A stretch of 64,000 nt of DNA from Pseudomonadota bacterium (GTDB lineage Bacteria; Pseudomonadota; Gammaproteobacteria; JAKAQQ01): NCBI GenBank assembly GCA_027320085.1, contig DAHVLZ010000009.1, positions 1 to 64,000 of the forward strand. Direction: 5' to 3'. The translations under genes were made by a program, and so were the position numbers. This document shows, one piece after another, positions 50,508 to 60,700 of this stretch. The notes below the pieces were generated by a model. That model was not told the DNA's origin and made no database searches. It saw only the letters and a program-made list of their open reading frames with translations. Each line of letters begins with the position of its first letter. Positions within the stretch are counted from its first letter, which is position 1.

Positions 50508-51480
50508 GGTCACGCTCGTCGAGGCGGTGAACCTGGCACTCGCGAGAGCGCTAGCCGACGATCCCCGGGTGGTCCTCCTGGGAGAGGATATCGGAGTGAA
50601 TGGGGGCGTGTTCCGCGCCACCGTGGGGCTCCAGGAACGCTTCGGCCCCAACCGCGTCCTCGACACCCCGCTTGCGGAATCAATGATTGCCGGCCTCGCG
50701 ATCGGAATGGCGGCGATGGGGATGCGGCCGGTTGCGGAAATCCAGTTCTCGGGTTTCATTTATCCCACCATCGACCAGATGATCAATCATGCCGGGCGCC
50801 TGCGTACCCGGACACGCGGCCGGCTGTCGGTCCCGATGGTCCTGCGGGCACCGAGCGGTGCCGGCATCCATGCCCCCGAGCACCATTCTGAAAGCAACGA
50901 ATCCCTGTTTGCCCATATGCCGGGAATCCGGGTGGTCATGCCCTCCTCGCCGACCCGCGCCTATGGTCTCTTGCTCGCAGCCATTCAGGATCCGGATCCG
51001 GTTGTTTTCTTTGAGCCGACCCGCCTCTACCGGCTCAACAAGCAGGAGGTTGAAGATGACGGACAACCGCTGCCGCTCGACACCTGTTTCGTCCTGCGTG
51101 AGGGCCACGATCTGACCTTCGTCAGTTGGGGGGCCATGCTCCACGAAACTCTCGAGGCCGCCCGTTTGCTCGCCGAAACCGAACAGGTTTCCGCCGAGGT
51201 CATCGATCTCGGGACACTGAGCCCGATTGATTATGAGACCATCCTCGAGTCCGTGGGCCGGACCGGCCGGCTTGTCATTGTTCATGAAGCCCCGCGCACT
51301 GCAGGACTGGGCGCGGAGATCGCCGCTGAAGTTGCCGAGCGGGCACTGTACGAGCTCGAGGCACCGATCGTCCGGGTCACGGGTTACGATGTGGTCACTC
51401 CCTTCTTCAAGCTCGAACACGATTTCATGCCCTCGGTCGACCGGATCCGGCGGGCTGCCCACCAGGTACTCGAACCATGA
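50500..51480 (+). CDS. pdhB: 2-oxoacid dehydrogenase E1 beta
   Basis: GEDIGVNGGVFRAT, DTPLAE, AEIQF, EHHSES. Confidence 0.9.
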   Translation: MAKVTLVEAVNLALARALADDPRVVLLGEDIGVNGGVFRATVGLQERFGPNRVLDTPLAESMIAGLAIGMAAMGMRPVAEIQFSGFIYPTIDQMINHAGRLRTRTRGRLSVPMVLRAPSGAGIHAPEHHSESNESLFAHMPGIRVVMPSSPTRAYGLLLAAIQDPDPVVFFEPTRLYRLNKQEVEDDGQPLPLDTCFVLREGHDLTFVSWGAMLHETLEAARLLAETEQVSAEVIDLGTLSPIDYETILESVGRTGRLVIVHEAPRTAGLGAEIAAEVAERALYELEAPIVRVTGYDVVTPFFKLEHDFMPSVDRIRRAAHQVLEP

Positions 51481-52676
51481 AGACCTTCCACCTCCCGGAT
51501 CTGGGCGAAGGACTCACCGAAGCGGAAATCGTCGAGTGGCACGTCCAGGTCGGTGACACGGTCACAACCGACCAGCCCCTGGTCGCCATGGAAACCGCCA
51601 AAGCCGTCGTTGACGTGCCAGCCCCGTGGAGTGGCCGCATCAGCGCACTTCACGGCAAACCCGGCGACATCATTCCCACACACGCACCCCTCGTCGATTT
51701 CGAGGGTCCGGGAGGCGAACAGCCCTCGCCGACGACCACCACCCACCCGACCGCGAAGGCGGTCTCCGCCCCTCCCCGGGAAGATCAGGGGAGCGTCGTA
51801 GGACACATGCCGGCTGCCGAGTCAGTGGTCGCCGAACAGGCCATCATCCGCAAGCGACCAGCCGAAAAGCGAACCGTCAAGGCGCTCCCCAAGGTTCGGC
51901 GCCGGGCCCGCGAGCTCGGCATCGATCTCAGGCGGGTCGCCGCGAGTGGTCGTCATGGGGAGACCACACTGGCAGATCTTGAGGCTCATCCGGCCGGTAC
52001 ACCGACAGCCGCACCGCGTGCCCCTTCCGCAAACCGGGCCTCCCAGACTGAAACCCTCAGGGGAACCCGCCGGATCATGGCACAAACCATGTCCCTGGCC
52101 CGGGATCAGGTGGCAGCCACCACCCTCTTTGATGATGCTGATCTCGAGGCCTGGCAGGGGCGTCAGGACATCACGGTCCGTGTCATTCGTGCACTGGCGA
52201 AGGCCTGCACGGCCCAACCGGCGCTTAATGCCTGGTTCAATGGGGAAACACTGGAACACACGCTTCACGGTCATCTCGATCTCGGTCTCGCCGTCGACAC
52301 GCCGGACGGACTCATTGTCCCGGTCCTTCGCGACATCGGCCGGGCCGCACCCGGGGAGATCCGTCAGGAACTCGAGCGAGTCAAGAAAAAAACGCAGGCC
52401 CGTGCCTTGGAACCGGGCGAGATGACCCACCCCACGTTCACGCTCTCGAATTTCGGCATGATCGCGGGCCGCTACGCAACCCCGGTCATCGTCCCGCCGA
52501 TGGTGGCCATCCTCGGGGTCGGCCGGCTATGCCACGACGTGGTCGCTGTCATGGGCGGAATCGCGACTCACCGGAGACTGCCCCTCTCGCTCACTTTCGA
52601 CCACCGCTGCGTGACCGGCGGCGATGCTTGCCGCTTCCTCCGGACCCTCATCGACGATCTGGCCGAACCCAGCTGA
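51477..52676 (+). CDS. pdhC: Dihydrolipoamide acyltransferase E2
   Basis: LPDLGEGLTEAE, METAKA (lipoyl Lys), E3-binding domain, LSLTFDHR. Confidence 0.9.
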   Translation: MKTFHLPDLGEGLTEAEIVEWHVQVGDTVTTDQPLVAMETAKAVVDVPAPWSGRISALHGKPGDIIPTHAPLVDFEGPGGEQPSPTTTTHPTAKAVSAPPREDQGSVVGHMPAAESVVAEQAIIRKRPAEKRTVKALPKVRRRARELGIDLRRVAASGRHGETTLADLEAHPAGTPTAAPRAPSANRASQTETLRGTRRIMAQTMSLARDQVAATTLFDDADLEAWQGRQDITVRVIRALAKACTAQPALNAWFNGETLEHTLHGHLDLGLAVDTPDGLIVPVLRDIGRAAPGEIRQELERVKKKTQARALEPGEMTHPTFTLSNFGMIAGRYATPVIVPPMVAILGVGRLCHDVVAVMGGIATHRRLPLSLTFDHRCVTGGDACRFLRTLIDDLAEPS

Positions 52677-52708
52677 CCGGCCACCGGATCCCGCACGTGT
52701 CTGGGGAG

Positions 52709-52740
52709 AAGGGAAACCCCTTTTATTTTAGGGGTATAGT
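52709..52740 (+). terminator. Possible weak terminator overlapping a promoter-like element
   Basis: AAGGG-AAAC-CCCTT followed by TTATTTT; alternative stem ACCCCT-N8-AGGGGT abutting TATAGT. Confidence 0.35.
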
Positions 52741-52833
52741 GAGGACGTCAGGTGAACGAACCGGCCTAGACGAAGGGGGGTCGTCCATGGCAAAACCAGA
52801 TCGGGGAGAAGGCGACCACAGGAGTCCGCCACG

Positions 52834-55800
52834 ATGAGTCGTGGCGGATTGGAGCGCGTGCCCCGGAAGCGGCAGGGGCTCCAGTCACCGGCTCCTACCG
52901 AGGCTGAGTGGTCCGCCTTCAAGACGCACTGCTCGCACGTGTCCATCCCCGACCGTGATCCGGAAATTCCGGCTTCGCTGCTCCAGGCCTTTCGTCACAA
53001 GGAATGGCCGCGCTTGATCGCGGCCGACTCTCCCACAGACTGGCAACAATCGGTGGCCTCGTCTCGCCACGAATCCACAACCGAGCGGGACACGCTGTTC
53101 CAAGCCCTCCAGAACCACCTCGTCCTGAAACACCTGCTGGACCGCTCGGCCCGGCCTGATCTGACGGGGCCCGATGCCTCCCTCCTCGAATCGATCCCGG
53201 ACTGGATGCTGGCCTCGACCATTGAGAACAGCCAGCATGAGCCGCGGTTCCTGCTGTCGGAGGCAGGTTCCGCAGTCGAATCCCTGCTCAGGAATTCTGC
53301 CGCCCGGGTTGCGCACACCCTCCAAGAGCTCTGCGAGGTCGCCATCCTCCGGGACAGGCTGCAGCTGGCCTGGGTGGGGCTGCTTTCCGAAACCACCCTG
53401 TCCCTGGAGATCACCGGATGGGCCGGGGTGGCAACGAACTATCTCGATGGGATCCGGGTGGGTATCGATCCGGATAAACCCGAGGGTCGCGGGCCCATGG
53501 CACTATCCTTCCGGACCGGGAAAACCCAGGTCATCCAGGCGGCCCTCGAGGAATCCCGGTTCAGGCCCTGGAAAGAGAGAGCGGCCCGTCACGGGCTGGC
53601 CAGCGTGGCAACCTTCCCCATCCAGATCCAGGGACTCACCTTTGGTGTGTTTGCGGTTTATGCGGGAGAACCGGACTTCTTCACGAAGCCGGTCGTCCAT
53701 CCTTTCGAGCAGCTTGTCCTGGCAGCCTCCCACCGGCTCGAAACTCTGACCCAGCAGCTTTCTCTCCAGCGTCTGCTCAGCGCGTACCGGGCCGGTCACG
53801 CCATCAACGAAATCACCGCGCTCCACGTTCCGCTGCACCAGTTTTGCGAAAACGCCTGCCGCATTCTCGCCGAGTTCCTGGAGCTCGGACTGTGTTACAT
53901 CGTGGAGATCCCCCGCCCCTCCAAAGTGCCCATCATCCACACGGCCAGTGGTCCTGCCAGTGGATTCCTGGAGAATCTTGATTTCAGCCTGGATCCCGCT
54001 CACCCGGACTGCGGACTGAGCGGGTTCGTCTATGCCTCGGGCAAGTCCATCGCCATCGACCGGCTCGATAATGAACCCCGACTCGCCCGCTGGCGTGAGC
54101 GGCTAGAGGTTCATGGCCTGAACTCGGCCGCCGGCTTTCCGCTCTATCGTGGGGGGACCGGAGGGGAGCCTTGGGGCACCCTCATCCTCCTTGCTTTCGA
54201 ACCCGGCTATTTCGAAACGCCCCTGGTCTCCCACCTCGACAGCATCGCCCATGGACTCAACCTGGCCATCGAGGAGGATTTTCACCGCCAGAAGCTTTTC
54301 CGGGTGGAGCGCTTTTATGCCGCCCTGGGGGAACTGGGCAGCTATCTGGCCACGGACCCGCCGCTTTCCTCACTCCTGCAGAAAACCTGTGAACTGACCA
54401 GCAACACCACCAACCTGCCCATCGTCTACGTCACGCTGCTCGATCCGCTGACCCACAGGGTCCTTCTCGAGGCATTTGCCGGACCAGCCAGTGACCTGAT
54501 CCGGAGCGTTCCGGTCAAGATCGATCCGGCCCATCCCGAGGGTCGCGGCATTACAGGTGCTGTTTTCCGCACTTGCCGGCCCGTCATCCTGAACAACCTC
54601 GACGAAGAGCCCACGATCTGGCTGTCCGAAGAGGAACGACGCTCGGTCGCCTCGATCGCGGGATTTCCCCTGCTCGTCAACGGAGAGTGCCACGGCATTC
54701 TCGGGGTGGGTGCGCTTGTCCATGACTTCTTCGATGACGAACTCATCGGGCTGCTCGGACGGGTGGCCGACATGCTGGGAACGGCCCTCAACCATAGCTA
54801 CGAAAAAATCCAACGCAATCACTTTGAGAAGCTTTTTGGAGCACTCTCCGAACTGCACCGTCTCGTCGCCCGGCATCCCGATCCGACCCTTCTTTACCAG
54901 GAAGTCAGCCGGATCCTCGGTCGTGTCGACGGAGCCGTCGGCAACGGTATCCTGCCGGGGCCGAAGCAGGCCGCTCAGACGGCGGAGACAGTTGAGCCCC
55001 ATTTGTCGTTTCCCAAGATCTCCCCCTCCGGGAACCACCTGACGGGGTCCCTCCAGCCGTACTGCCAACACCTCGTCGCCGAGGCCACCGCCAGCCGGAC
55101 CCCGATCCTGGTCCGTCCCTCCCACTCACCCTTCCTGCCGACCGGCTTCGAGGAGGCCTTCCACGCGGAGGGAATTCGCGAAATCGGTGTTTTCCCCATC
55201 CTGCTCCGGGGACAGGCCTTTGCCGCGCTCGTGCTGCTCTCGAACGAGGATGGTTTTTTCAAATCGGACGCACTGGTCGAGCTGTGCACGCAGTTCACGG
55301 ACGCCATCACGCTCGCACTTCTGGAGTACGACCGCGAAACCGAGCTCAAGCAGATGGCCCTGATGGATACCCTGACGGGACTGCCCAACCGGAATCTTTT
55401 TTTCGACCGGCTTGACAATGCGCTCAAGCTGGCCGAACAGAACCGGTCCATGGTCGGAATCGCCATTCTTGATATCGACCATTTCAAGGAGATCAATGAC
55501 CGGTTCGGACACGATGCCGGTGATCTCCTGTTGGTCACCCAGGCCCGCCGTATGGAGGCCATCCTGAACGACCTGAGTACCGCGGCGCGGCTGGCTGGTG
55601 ACGAGTTCGGGCTGGTCCTGGCCGGGCTCGAAACGGAAGTTGCGATGACCGGCATCCTGGAACGGTTACGTTCAGAGCTTGCCGCTCCCATTGCCTATCC
55701 GGAACAGTCGCTGCACACAACCGTGAGTCTCGGACTGACCGTCTACCCCCGAGACCGCCAGCCCCCCCGGACGCTCCTGCGGCATGCGGATCTCGCCCTC

Positions 55801-57081
55801 TACCGGGCCAAATCCCGTGGCCGTAATGCTTGGGCCCTGTACGAAGAGGACTTCGAGAGACGGCTGGAACAGCAGATGGTGACCCGGCGACAGTTTCAAG
55901 AGGCTCTGGTCCAAGGCGACATCCGCCTCTATCTCCAACCCGTGATCGACCTCCGGGATGGCAGCCTAGTCAGTGCGGAAGCCTGTGCCCGATGGCCCGG
56001 ATTCAGTGAAACGTCGGAGGAAAAAGCCGACTGGCTGACCACCATCGAGGATGACCCGAGCCTCGTACCGAAGGCCGGACGCTACCTACTTGAGGCCGTC
56101 GGTCTCGAGCTCGAGACCTTGAACCGGGGGGGTCTTAGCTTTCCGGTCAGCCTGAACATCGACCTGCGCTACCTGCTCTCACCCCACTTTGAACGGGATA
56201 TCCGGGACTGGTGCTCCCGCCACGGGTCCCATGCCGGCCATCTCCTGCTGGAACTCAAACCCAGCCCCCTGCTGCCGGACTGGAACCGGCTCCCTCCCCT
56301 CATCGAGGACTTGCAGCGTCGGGGCATCCGGATTCTCTTTGACAACTTTGGTATCTGGCCCGTGGCCCTGGAAAAACTCGAACTGATGCGCACACGGGGG
56401 ATCAAGGTTGACCGTTCGCTGGTTCTCCATCTCCACGAGGATCCCCGGGCTTTGAGCCTGGTCGCGGGTGCACTGCGGAGCGGCGAGATCGGGCACTTCG
56501 AGGTGACCGCCGTCGGCGTCGAACGGGAGGATCTCGCCGAACTGTTTTATGCCTTGGGTGGCCGACTGGCCCAGGGATTCTTCGCAACCCCCGCGATCAG
56601 CAGCCAGGCGCTCGTCGAATGGAGCCGGCACTGGACCCTACCTACCCGTCTGGCCCGATCCCTGGCCCGTACCGCGGACGCGCGCCTCCTTCCCATATGG
56701 CTGAACGGGCCCTACCATCGCTGGCTCAGGGGACGGGTCACCGAGGCTCTGGAATCCTCGGGCGAGTCCGGCCGGGCCCTGTTGACCGCCCTTTCCGGCT
56801 CGGCTTGCAGTCTGGTGCCTTGGCCGGCCGGCCCGTGTTCGTCCGGGCAGCGGAAGCTCCGCTCCTGCCACGAAGACCTCCACGCCCAACTGGACCACCT
56901 GATTACCGCCCGTCTGGAAGACCGTCAGATCCGGTCACTCGGGGGGCAGCTCCTGGAACGAATGCGGGAATACGAGGTGGAACTGGATACCTTCCTGCAC
57001 ACTTCTCCGCCTCCGGGCGCTCCCCACCGCCGAGGCCGTTCCCGATCCTCCCCTAAAGCCAGCCCTGGTCAGCAAAGCTGA
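52834..57081 (+). CDS. Multi-GAF + GGDEF + degenerate EAL + CZB-like c-di-GMP signalling protein
   Basis: About four GAF-like repeats, D.LTGLPNR, DIDHFKEIND..GH..GD, AGDEF, LQP, EACARW, IKVDRS; C-terminal H.W...C...W...H..LH. Confidence 0.88.
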   Translation: MSRGGLERVPRKRQGLQSPAPTEAEWSAFKTHCSHVSIPDRDPEIPASLLQAFRHKEWPRLIAADSPTDWQQSVASSRHESTTERDTLFQALQNHLVLKHLLDRSARPDLTGPDASLLESIPDWMLASTIENSQHEPRFLLSEAGSAVESLLRNSAARVAHTLQELCEVAILRDRLQLAWVGLLSETTLSLEITGWAGVATNYLDGIRVGIDPDKPEGRGPMALSFRTGKTQVIQAALEESRFRPWKERAARHGLASVATFPIQIQGLTFGVFAVYAGEPDFFTKPVVHPFEQLVLAASHRLETLTQQLSLQRLLSAYRAGHAINEITALHVPLHQFCENACRILAEFLELGLCYIVEIPRPSKVPIIHTASGPASGFLENLDFSLDPAHPDCGLSGFVYASGKSIAIDRLDNEPRLARWRERLEVHGLNSAAGFPLYRGGTGGEPWGTLILLAFEPGYFETPLVSHLDSIAHGLNLAIEEDFHRQKLFRVERFYAALGELGSYLATDPPLSSLLQKTCELTSNTTNLPIVYVTLLDPLTHRVLLEAFAGPASDLIRSVPVKIDPAHPEGRGITGAVFRTCRPVILNNLDEEPTIWLSEEERRSVASIAGFPLLVNGECHGILGVGALVHDFFDDELIGLLGRVADMLGTALNHSYEKIQRNHFEKLFGALSELHRLVARHPDPTLLYQEVSRILGRVDGAVGNGILPGPKQAAQTAETVEPHLSFPKISPSGNHLTGSLQPYCQHLVAEATASRTPILVRPSHSPFLPTGFEEAFHAEGIREIGVFPILLRGQAFAALVLLSNEDGFFKSDALVELCTQFTDAITLALLEYDRETELKQMALMDTLTGLPNRNLFFDRLDNALKLAEQNRSMVGIAILDIDHFKEINDRFGHDAGDLLLVTQARRMEAILNDLSTAARLAGDEFGLVLAGLETEVAMTGILERLRSELAAPIAYPEQSLHTTVSLGLTVYPRDRQPPRTLLRHADLALYRAKSRGRNAWALYEEDFERRLEQQMVTRRQFQEALVQGDIRLYLQPVIDLRDGSLVSAEACARWPGFSETSEEKADWLTTIEDDPSLVPKAGRYLLEAVGLELETLNRGGLSFPVSLNIDLRYLLSPHFERDIRDWCSRHGSHAGHLLLELKPSPLLPDWNRLPPLIEDLQRRGIRILFDNFGIWPVALEKLELMRTRGIKVDRSLVLHLHEDPRALSLVAGALRSGEIGHFEVTAVGVEREDLAELFYALGGRLAQGFFATPAISSQALVEWSRHWTLPTRLARSLARTADARLLPIWLNGPYHRWLRGRVTEALESSGESGRALLTALSGSACSLVPWPAGPCSSGQRKLRSCHEDLHAQLDHLITARLEDRQIRSLGGQLLERMREYEVELDTFLHTSPPPGAPHRRGRSRSSPKASPGQQS

Positions 57082-57610
57082 CCCATTGTGTTCCGCCGAT
57101 CACAAAATGATCAAGTAAACGGATGTCGACCAGCGCGAGGGTCTCCTTGAGTCTTTGGGTCAGCTGTCGATCGGCCTCTGAAGGTTCAGCCAGTCCCGAA
57201 GGATGGTTGTGGGCACAGAGAATGGCCCCTGCGTTGTATCCCAAACCCTGCTTGACGATCTCCCGGGGATGGACCGCGCACTGGTTGAGGGTGCCGGCAA
57301 AGAGAACCTCGGTCGCGAGCACCCGGTAATGATGATCCAGATAAGCGACCGCAAAAACCTCGCGGCCCAGACAGGCCAGCTTCATCCGGAAATATTCGGC
57401 CCCCTGCCGCGGCGAATCCAGTGCGGACCCGCTCCGGCGGAACCGTCGTTCGAGAACATCCAAGGCCGCCACGAGCAGGGCCTCCTCCCCGCTCTGCAAA
57501 CCTGAGTATTCCCTCTTCTCCGGGGCTGCCCCCTCGTACGATTCAAAGTCGAGCACCATCTGGAGACCATCCGATCGTCGGATCGGAGCCCGGTGTTCAA
57601 AAATAGGCAT
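57053..57610 (-). CDS. radC: Short RadC/JAB-domain protein
   Basis: REVFAV.YLD, VHPREIV, AHNHPSG...PSEAD, LLDHFVIG. Confidence 0.9.
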   Translation of the reverse strand: MPIFEHRAPIRRSDGLQMVLDFESYEGAAPEKREYSGLQSGEEALLVAALDVLERRFRRSGSALDSPRQGAEYFRMKLACLGREVFAVAYLDHHYRVLATEVLFAGTLNQCAVHPREIVKQGLGYNAGAILCAHNHPSGLAEPSEADRQLTQRLKETLALVDIRLLDHFVIGGTQWVSFADQGWL

Positions 57611-57796
57611 GACCGGCGTTCCACACGGAAGTCGGCTGATCCTAAACCGGCAGGAGACCCCGACGATTCGGGAATTCGGGCAGAGGAACGCCTATTATCC
57701 AAACAGGCGGGGAGCGACCCACCGTCCAGCACAAGGCAGCCAAAACAGCTAAAATTGAATGAGATCGGTCCAACCCGGGCCATTTTCTTTGATCTT

Positions 57797-60700
57797 ATGC
57801 GCAATCACTCCCATCTTTCCACTCCCTCCGCCTTCCTGACCCGCCTTGCCAACGCCATCGAAAAAAAGTCAACGACGGAACCCGGCCCGAAAGATCTCCG
57901 GGGCGTGCTCGAACTTTATTTTCAGTCGGTCACCCCAGACGATCTTGATCTTTTCAGCCTTGAAGACTGGGTCAGCCTCTTCACGGAGCATTGGGAGTTA
58001 GGAGCCACCCGACGACCCGGTGAGACCTTGCTTCGTCTCGTCAACCTGCCGGTCCGGCGGCATGCCACTCAAGCCTACACGGTGGCCCTCACCGTCAATG
58101 ACGACATGCCCTTTCTCGTGGATTCCATGACGCTGGCCGGCCGGCAGGAAGGGCTGGGGCTCCATCTCACCGTCCACCCGGTTTTTATGACCGGGCGCAA
58201 TGCCAAAAACCGGATCGAAGGGATCTCCGGACTCGAGGCAGGATCGACGGACCCACGGGAATCCTGGATTCTCGTGGTCTTCGAACGCATCCAGGGCGAA
58301 GAACGTCTGGCCCGGCTCGAAAAACGGATCCGTGGCAACCTGTCGGACGTCCTCCGGGTCCGCCAGGACTGTGCCGCTCTCCGTGACCGGGTCGGCCTGC
58401 TGCGGGAGGAAATCATCCGCTGGAAGCCCTTTCTTCCAGAACGGGAGGTCGAGGAAGCCCGTGACTTTCTGGAATGGATGACACGGGACTGGTTCACCTT
58501 CCTGGGTTACCGGCGCTACGCCCTGCACCACGACGGTGACCAGCTCCGCCTGGAGCCGGAACGGGAGACCGGGCTTGGCATCCTGCGCACCGACGCCGAT
58601 CACACGCCGGAACCGAAAATCCTTGCCCAGCGTGCGAACGAAAAGGCCCTGGCCCAGGAATTGCTCATCATCACGAAGACGAATGCCCACTCGACGGTCC
58701 ACCGGTCCGGCCCCATCGACTACATCGGCCTTCGGCGTTTCGATGCCAAGGGCCGGGTCGCCGGAGAGGACCGGATTCTCGGCCTGTTCAGCCCCCTGGT
58801 CTTCAAATGTCCTCCCCAGGAAATCCCGGTGGTCCGCCTCAAGCGCGAGGCCGTTCTCCGACAATCGGGGCTCGCTCCCGAATCCCATGCCGGACGCCAT
58901 CTCCGGATCATCTTCGATACCCTGCCGCTCAGTGAACTCCTGGAAGCCTCGATCGACCAACTGGCCGAACTCACGCTCGGGGTCCTCCGGCTCCAGGAAC
59001 GTCACCTGACTCGCCTGTTTCTCAGGCCTGACGTGTTCGGGCGCTATCTCAGCTGCCTCATCTACCTGCCGCGGGAAAATTACACCGCACGGGCCCGCGA
59101 ACGCATTGAAAAGATCCTGAAGGAAGGACTCCAGGGTCACTCGATCGAATCCGATCTTTGGATCTCCGATTCGGTTTTGGCCCGCCTGCATGCAACCGTG
59201 CACACCGAAACGGGCCGTCTCTCCCCCAAGCGGCTCAGCAGTCTCGAGCAGGAAATCCAGGAGGCCAGTCTGAGCTGGAACGAGAAACTGAAGATCGCCC
59301 TGTCCGACCGGCTGGGTGAAGAACGGGGTCTCCCGCTGTTCGACCGCTACCGGGACAGTTTTCCCGAGGTCTACCGCGACGATGTCAAACCCCGGGCCGC
59401 CGTCTACGACCTCCTGGAAATCGAACAACTCAAACCGACCCAGGCCCTCCGGCTTTCCCTCTACCGCCCCAAACATGCGAGCCCCCATTCGCTCCGGCTC
59501 AAGATTTTCCGTCTTGACCAGTCGTTGGCCATTTCCGACACACTGCCCATCCTGGAAAGTACGGGGTTTCGGGTCGTTTCGGAACGGCCCTACGAGGTTC
59601 CAGCCCCCAATATCGGCCGTGTCTGGATCCACGATTTCGAACTTGAACTGCCCGGACCGACTGACCGGGCATTGGAACGGCGCGAGGCCCTCGAGGATCT
59701 CTTCCTCGCTATCTGGAACGGACTTGCCGCAAATGACAGTTTCAACCGCCTAGCCATCAACGCCGAACTGTCGTGGCGCGAGATCATGCTTCTCCGGAGC
59801 ATCTCGAAGTATCTCATCCAGACCGGAATCCCTTTCACACCCGCCAACATGGCCCGTGCACTGACCAGCCATCCCGCCATCACCCAGCTCCTCGTCCGGT
59901 GGTTTCACGCCCGCTTCGATCCCTACCGGGATCCGGCAGACCGTGACCCGGAAGCGGCCGCCTGCCTTGAATCCCTCAAGGCGGAACTCGAAAACGTGGA
60001 GTCGAGCGATGACGACCGGATTTTGCGTGCCTACCTCGGCGTACTGGGCGCCATGGTCCGGACCAGCTTTTTCCAGCGGCCCCTCAGGGACCCTGAAGGC
60101 TACCGCTTTCTCAGTTACAAGCTGGACTCCAGCCGCGTTCCGGACCTGCCGTTACCGCGCCCGCTATACGAGATTTTCGTCTACGCCCCGCAGGTGGAAG
60201 GCATTCATCTGCGGGGAGGCCGCATTGCGCGCGGTGGCATCCGCTGGTCGGACCGGAGCGAGGATTTCCGTACCGAGGTACTGGGCCTGATGAAGGCCCA
60301 GATGGTCAAAAACACGGTCATCGTTCCAGTCGGCGCCAAGGGGGGGTTCTACATCAAACAACCGCCCAAGGACGGTAACCGGGACCGGCTCCTCGAAGAG
60401 GCCCAGCGCTGCTACCGGACCTTCATCCAGGGACTCTTGTCCTTGACCGACAACATCGTTGCCGGACAGATCCAGCCGCCCAAACGGGTGGTCCGCTACG
60501 ACGAGGATGATCCCTACCTGGTCGTGGCTGCCGACAAGGGAACCGCAACCTTCTCCGACTTGGCCAACGCCATCGCCGCAGATTTCCATTTCTGGCTGGG
60601 TGATGCCTTTGCCTCCGGTGGATCGGTCGGCTATGACCACAAGAAGATGGGAATCACCGCCCGTGGCGTATGGGAATCCGTCCGCCGTCACTTCCGGGAG

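Noticed and set aside
52590-52625. E2 catalytic motif DHRCVTG instead of DHRxxDG
   Set aside because: The catalytic His is intact and this variant occurs in related E2 proteins
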